Of a stretch of 64,000 bases of DNA, positions 60,101-64,000 are shown piece by piece; the first letter of the stretch is position 1; every line of letters starts with the position of its first letter. The stretch is taken from assembly GCA_964304625.1 (NCBI GenBank), contig OZ199840.1, positions 9,865,315-9,929,314 of the forward strand, in the 5' to 3' direction. Both the position numbers and the translations under genes were made by a program. The notes beneath the pieces are model-generated. The model was not told the DNA's origin, did not search any database, and saw nothing but the letters and a program-made list of their open reading frames with translations. Source of the stretch: Kudoa neothunni (Eukaryota > Animalia > Cnidaria).

Positions 60101-63100
60101 ACTTTTCTAGACAATTAAGTAGGAGACTCCTTGCTTTGTGGCTCCAGGATAGTTCCTATGGTAAACTACTACTCAAAAGAACTTTGGTATTTTATAATTG
60201 GAAGGGTGGTGTTTATTGAGCGTATTCTAGCCGCTGGGATTGGTCAACTTTTTGGACAGCGAAGAAGTCGGTACCGATGCTCTAGATTTGGAAGCATTTA
60301 GAGACACCTTGTCGGTTGCTAGTTCGGTATTTTGTTTTTATTGTTGTTAACAGAATGATATTTAATTCAATTGGATTATTTAGATAATCAAAGGAGGAGT
60401 TGAAGCCAAACTTAAATTTGCTCTCGATCAAACTGAACGTTTTCTCAAACATTGGCATGTTCGTATCAGCCACAAAATGGGAAAAGAAGTAAAACAACGA
60501 GAGGTATCACTTGGTTATATCGGTTCTCAATGCTTTGACTGTTTTATTCAATTGAAAATGAGTTCTCGTATATTTAAATAATTTAAATAATTAAGTATGT
60601 GAATATACGTTTATTGAATTATATTTTCGGATCAAATAATTCTATAGTTAATAAATTAATTGACTTTTTCATAACTGCTTATGTATATGTTTAGTCATTT
60701 ATTTATATAAAAATATAGTTGATTTAATTAGTTATTTATTTAAACGTGGATTTAAATATATTTTCGATTATATTATAACTTATAATAATAATTAATATTA
60801 AATGATTGTCTTTATAAGAAATAAACGGATATGAAAATTTTATACTAGAAATTTGAAAATGATTGGATCAAGTAGTATTATACAATTCTGTAATGAATGT
60901 TTCAAAAATAATGAATTATTGCAAAGTGAGATATATTTGATTTCTTATTCAACCGCCAAATCAATTGTTTGTTATCGTAAGTTTTTATTAAAATTAATTG
61001 AATGCTCCTACAAATTACGATTATTAAATTTGGAACGTTTTTTATGGTGGATCGAAAACGCGAATTTACTATCGTTAATTATAACCACATGACATCGTTA
61101 ACCTTCTAGCTATAGGTAAGAATTAATCAGGCCCCTTCGGAGTATAACTGGGACCCAAATGTACCACCCCAGTTTACTTAGAGGGTTAAAGTTATTCCTA
61201 AAATTTTCCACTGTTATATAATTTATTTATATCTGATTGTAGTACAAATACTCACAAAAAATGAGTTTAACTTGATTTTTCTGAAGATCCACTCAAGTTA
61301 AGTCAAGTCACTCATTAATATTATGATTTATAGCGCCATTTTTAATTGTATGTATGAGTTAAATCTGATGAGGTTTTATCTTTCCATTATATTTTAAATA
61401 AAGCAGGCAATATCTCATTGTTTGAATACTGGTTTCTCATTCTTCCCTTCATTTCCGATATTATAATTGCCATTTTCGCGCCATTATTCATACTTCTTGT
61501 AACTTTAGTCTTATTATTTCTCTTTTTGTTATAATGATCCGAAATTATATACTGATTTCCTTAACTTATATTCAACATATTAATGTATCCGAAACTGTGT
61601 GACAAATATTGTTTTAATCATTAGATTATGAATTTATATGAATTAAAGACTGACTGCTGTTATTAAAATTCACAAATTTTAATTTAAAGGAAATGACTGT
61701 TTTCATGTTAAATAATATCCTGGTATTACTAAATTTGGTTATATTTATTTCTGTCTCATCGTTTTCCCCCTTTAGGGACCAGAATGAATTAAATAGGGAG
61801 ATTCTAAAAGATTAAATCTGTGTACAGCTTGTAAGCAAGAGTTTATAAAAATTCAAAAATGTCATCGTTTAGATATAATTTATTTTATTAAATTACTTAT
61901 TACTTTTTGCATATCAATATATATCAACGCTAGTTCTAAACTTAACATCAAACATCTAGAAGAATCAAAAATATAAGCACCAATGGACACTTCCTAATTT
62001 TTCGAATAATTAAATGCATCGAATGGGTCTATTCCGAATTTTAATACATTATTTTCGACTTTTTATATCTTTGTGAAATATTTTATTGTGTGAAGCAACA
62101 AGAGGTATCCTCATAAATATTGGTTTTAACATTCTATTGATTTTGTAGAATAAAATAATAGTATTGACTATTTTTAAATAAATATTATAATTTATTAAAT
62201 AAATTTTAAAAATATATTAATATTAATTAATTGAGTTGACAAATATAACAAAATAAGCCAAAGCTATTGATAACTATTGATGTTGATGCTGTGGGTCGGT
62301 CGGTCGGTCGGTCGGATGTAATGACACGTATTAATAGACTGAAAAAGACAAAGAACGAGTGTTGACTCTAAGAAACCCCCGCAACCGTGTAATTATAACG
62401 CTTAATTGGAACCTTTTTTATCAAAAGTAATAAATTTTCAACTATTTCTACCATTAAAACACATTTGTATTTGTAGATTCTATCAAGATCATTACCTCCC
62501 TGAACTCATATGGAATCATAAGACACGAGAAGAATTGAAGGAAGCGTTGGAAGCCGAGTTAAGAGCATTTTCAGTGGACAAAGATCTCTCAAGGAATGAG
62601 TTGATATCGTGGAACTTTGATGAATACATGGTCACCTATGGATCGCTTCAAGATCAACTCATAATTGGTAATCTTTATGTGAGACCACTTTTGGAGAACA
62701 ACCAAGTGACCACGATAAACGATCCAATTCCATTCTTCTACAGCCTCTACCATTCTTACTTGCAGGTTTCGAATGTAGAGCTTAAGATGATATGTCTTCA
62801 GGCGCTCACCAAACTTTACCGTTATAACCACGAAACAATCAGTGAGTTTAATGATCTGAAATACATTGTGGAACAGCTGATGCGAACCACCAGCAAAGTG
62901 TTAAGGGATAGATTGGTGCTATTCTTGGTGGAGTTATTGAAAGAGAAAAGTAACGTCAGAAAGTTTATTGAATATGGTGGGCTGAGTATGTTGGTGGACT
63001 TGGCTACACTCGCTCATCTGCATTCCTCCCGACCGAGAGTACCACTTCAGAACAACATGATTGTTGGAGGAGTTAATTTAGAGTCCGACAGTGACATCTA

Positions 63101-64000
63101 CAAAGAGTGGTATGTGACATCGAAAAATGAAGGTGGCAAGTCGTCTAGCAACGCTCATACATTTAAAGAACTTAAGCAACTCTACCACAACGGAACAATA
63201 AACGAGAACACCAAGGTTTGGGCGCAAGGAATGGAAGGTTGGAAAAATCTCAAGAATGTTACCCAACTCAAGTGGACTTTGGTTTCTAATGATGAGGCTA
63301 TTCTTGATGAGACGGAGTTGGCTGTGAAAGTTTTGGACATACTCAATGTGATTGTAAAGTTCTATCCTAGTGTGGATGTGGATGGGGGAATAATTCGACC
63401 AATGCCTAGGGTGAAACGCTACCTTAGTGATATTCGTTGTCTACCTCATTTGTGTCAATTGTTGTTGACATTCGAGCCGAGAATAGTGGAAAGGGTGTGT
63501 AGTTTGTTGTATGAGGTGATGTTGGAGAATCCAGCTATCAACCAGCTATTCCTCACCGGATTTTTCTATTTTGTTATGATGTACACTGGAAGTAATATCA
63601 CACCGGTGGCCAGATTTCTTAAGTACACTCACACCAAACAAGCTCACAGTTTGGCCAACTTTACCGAAAACTCCATCCAAAACAGTATTTCTCAACTCAG
63701 TATATTGAAATCTATTCTGCCTGATTCGCTGATTTGTTATTTGTACAACTACGAGGTGCAGAAATTTTCGGAAGCTTTTTTAAGCGATTATGAAAATCCT
63801 GAAATTATCTGGTCGAATGAAATGCGACGATATATGATCGAAAGAATCGCACTTCATTTGGCTGATTTCACCGCAAAATTAAAGTCCAATGTGAAATCGC
63901 TGTACATTTATTGCCCCATGCCGGTGATCGAATATGAAGTGTTGAAGGATGAGATATTTTGTGGTAATTATTATTTGAGCCATTTGTGTGACGAAAACAA
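57199..64000 (+). CDS. DNAJC13: RME-8 / DnaJ homolog subfamily C member 13, 5' part; continues beyond the window; ~1.8-kb intron 60505-62337
   Basis: VTKHSWKGKYKRLLCV...[67 protein letters not shown], GYF-like TKVWAQGMEGWKNLKNVTQLKWTL and PEIIWSNEMRRYMIERI. Confidence 0.96.
61102..61185. mobile_element. Tiny piggyBac-like MITE in the RME-8 intron
   Basis: TTAA|CCTTCTAG...CTTAGAGGG|TTAA; ends resemble the element at 47411-48560. Confidence 0.5.

Overview
AT-rich eukaryotic (animal) genomic DNA with many short GT-AG introns (about 37-75 nt) and a few 1-2 kb introns filled with repeats. It has metazoan markers (ANTP-like homeobox, WHEP domain on MetRS), very divergent proteins and tight gene spacing. 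This suggests a reduced parasitic animal such as a myxozoan; that assignment is an inference. Recognisable genes: ATP synthase beta, ARL2, MSH4, a homeobox gene, U6 snRNA, a serpin, methionyl-tRNA synthetase, 6-phosphogluconolactonase, GINS1/Psf1 and the 5' part of RME-8/DNAJC13. Orphans: a mitochondrial-type single-pass protein, an Ig-like type I membrane protein, a death-domain-like protein and a ~7 kb gene for a giant Cys-rich FN3-like surface protein built from a thrice-repeated multi-exon cassette. Relics of hAT, pogo/Tigger, piggyBac-like and Merlin transposons and three simple-sequence arrays lie between genes. Main leads: (1) MSH4 breaks off at a splice donor in the middle of its Walker A motif, and ARL2, ATP synthase beta and other genes occupy what would be its intron; (2) the giant triplicated surface protein; (3) a GC-rich NRF1-like motif at housekeeping promoters; (4) many +1 frameshifts in otherwise intact genes, most likely long-read errors. 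All gene models were spliced by hand and no database searches were run.
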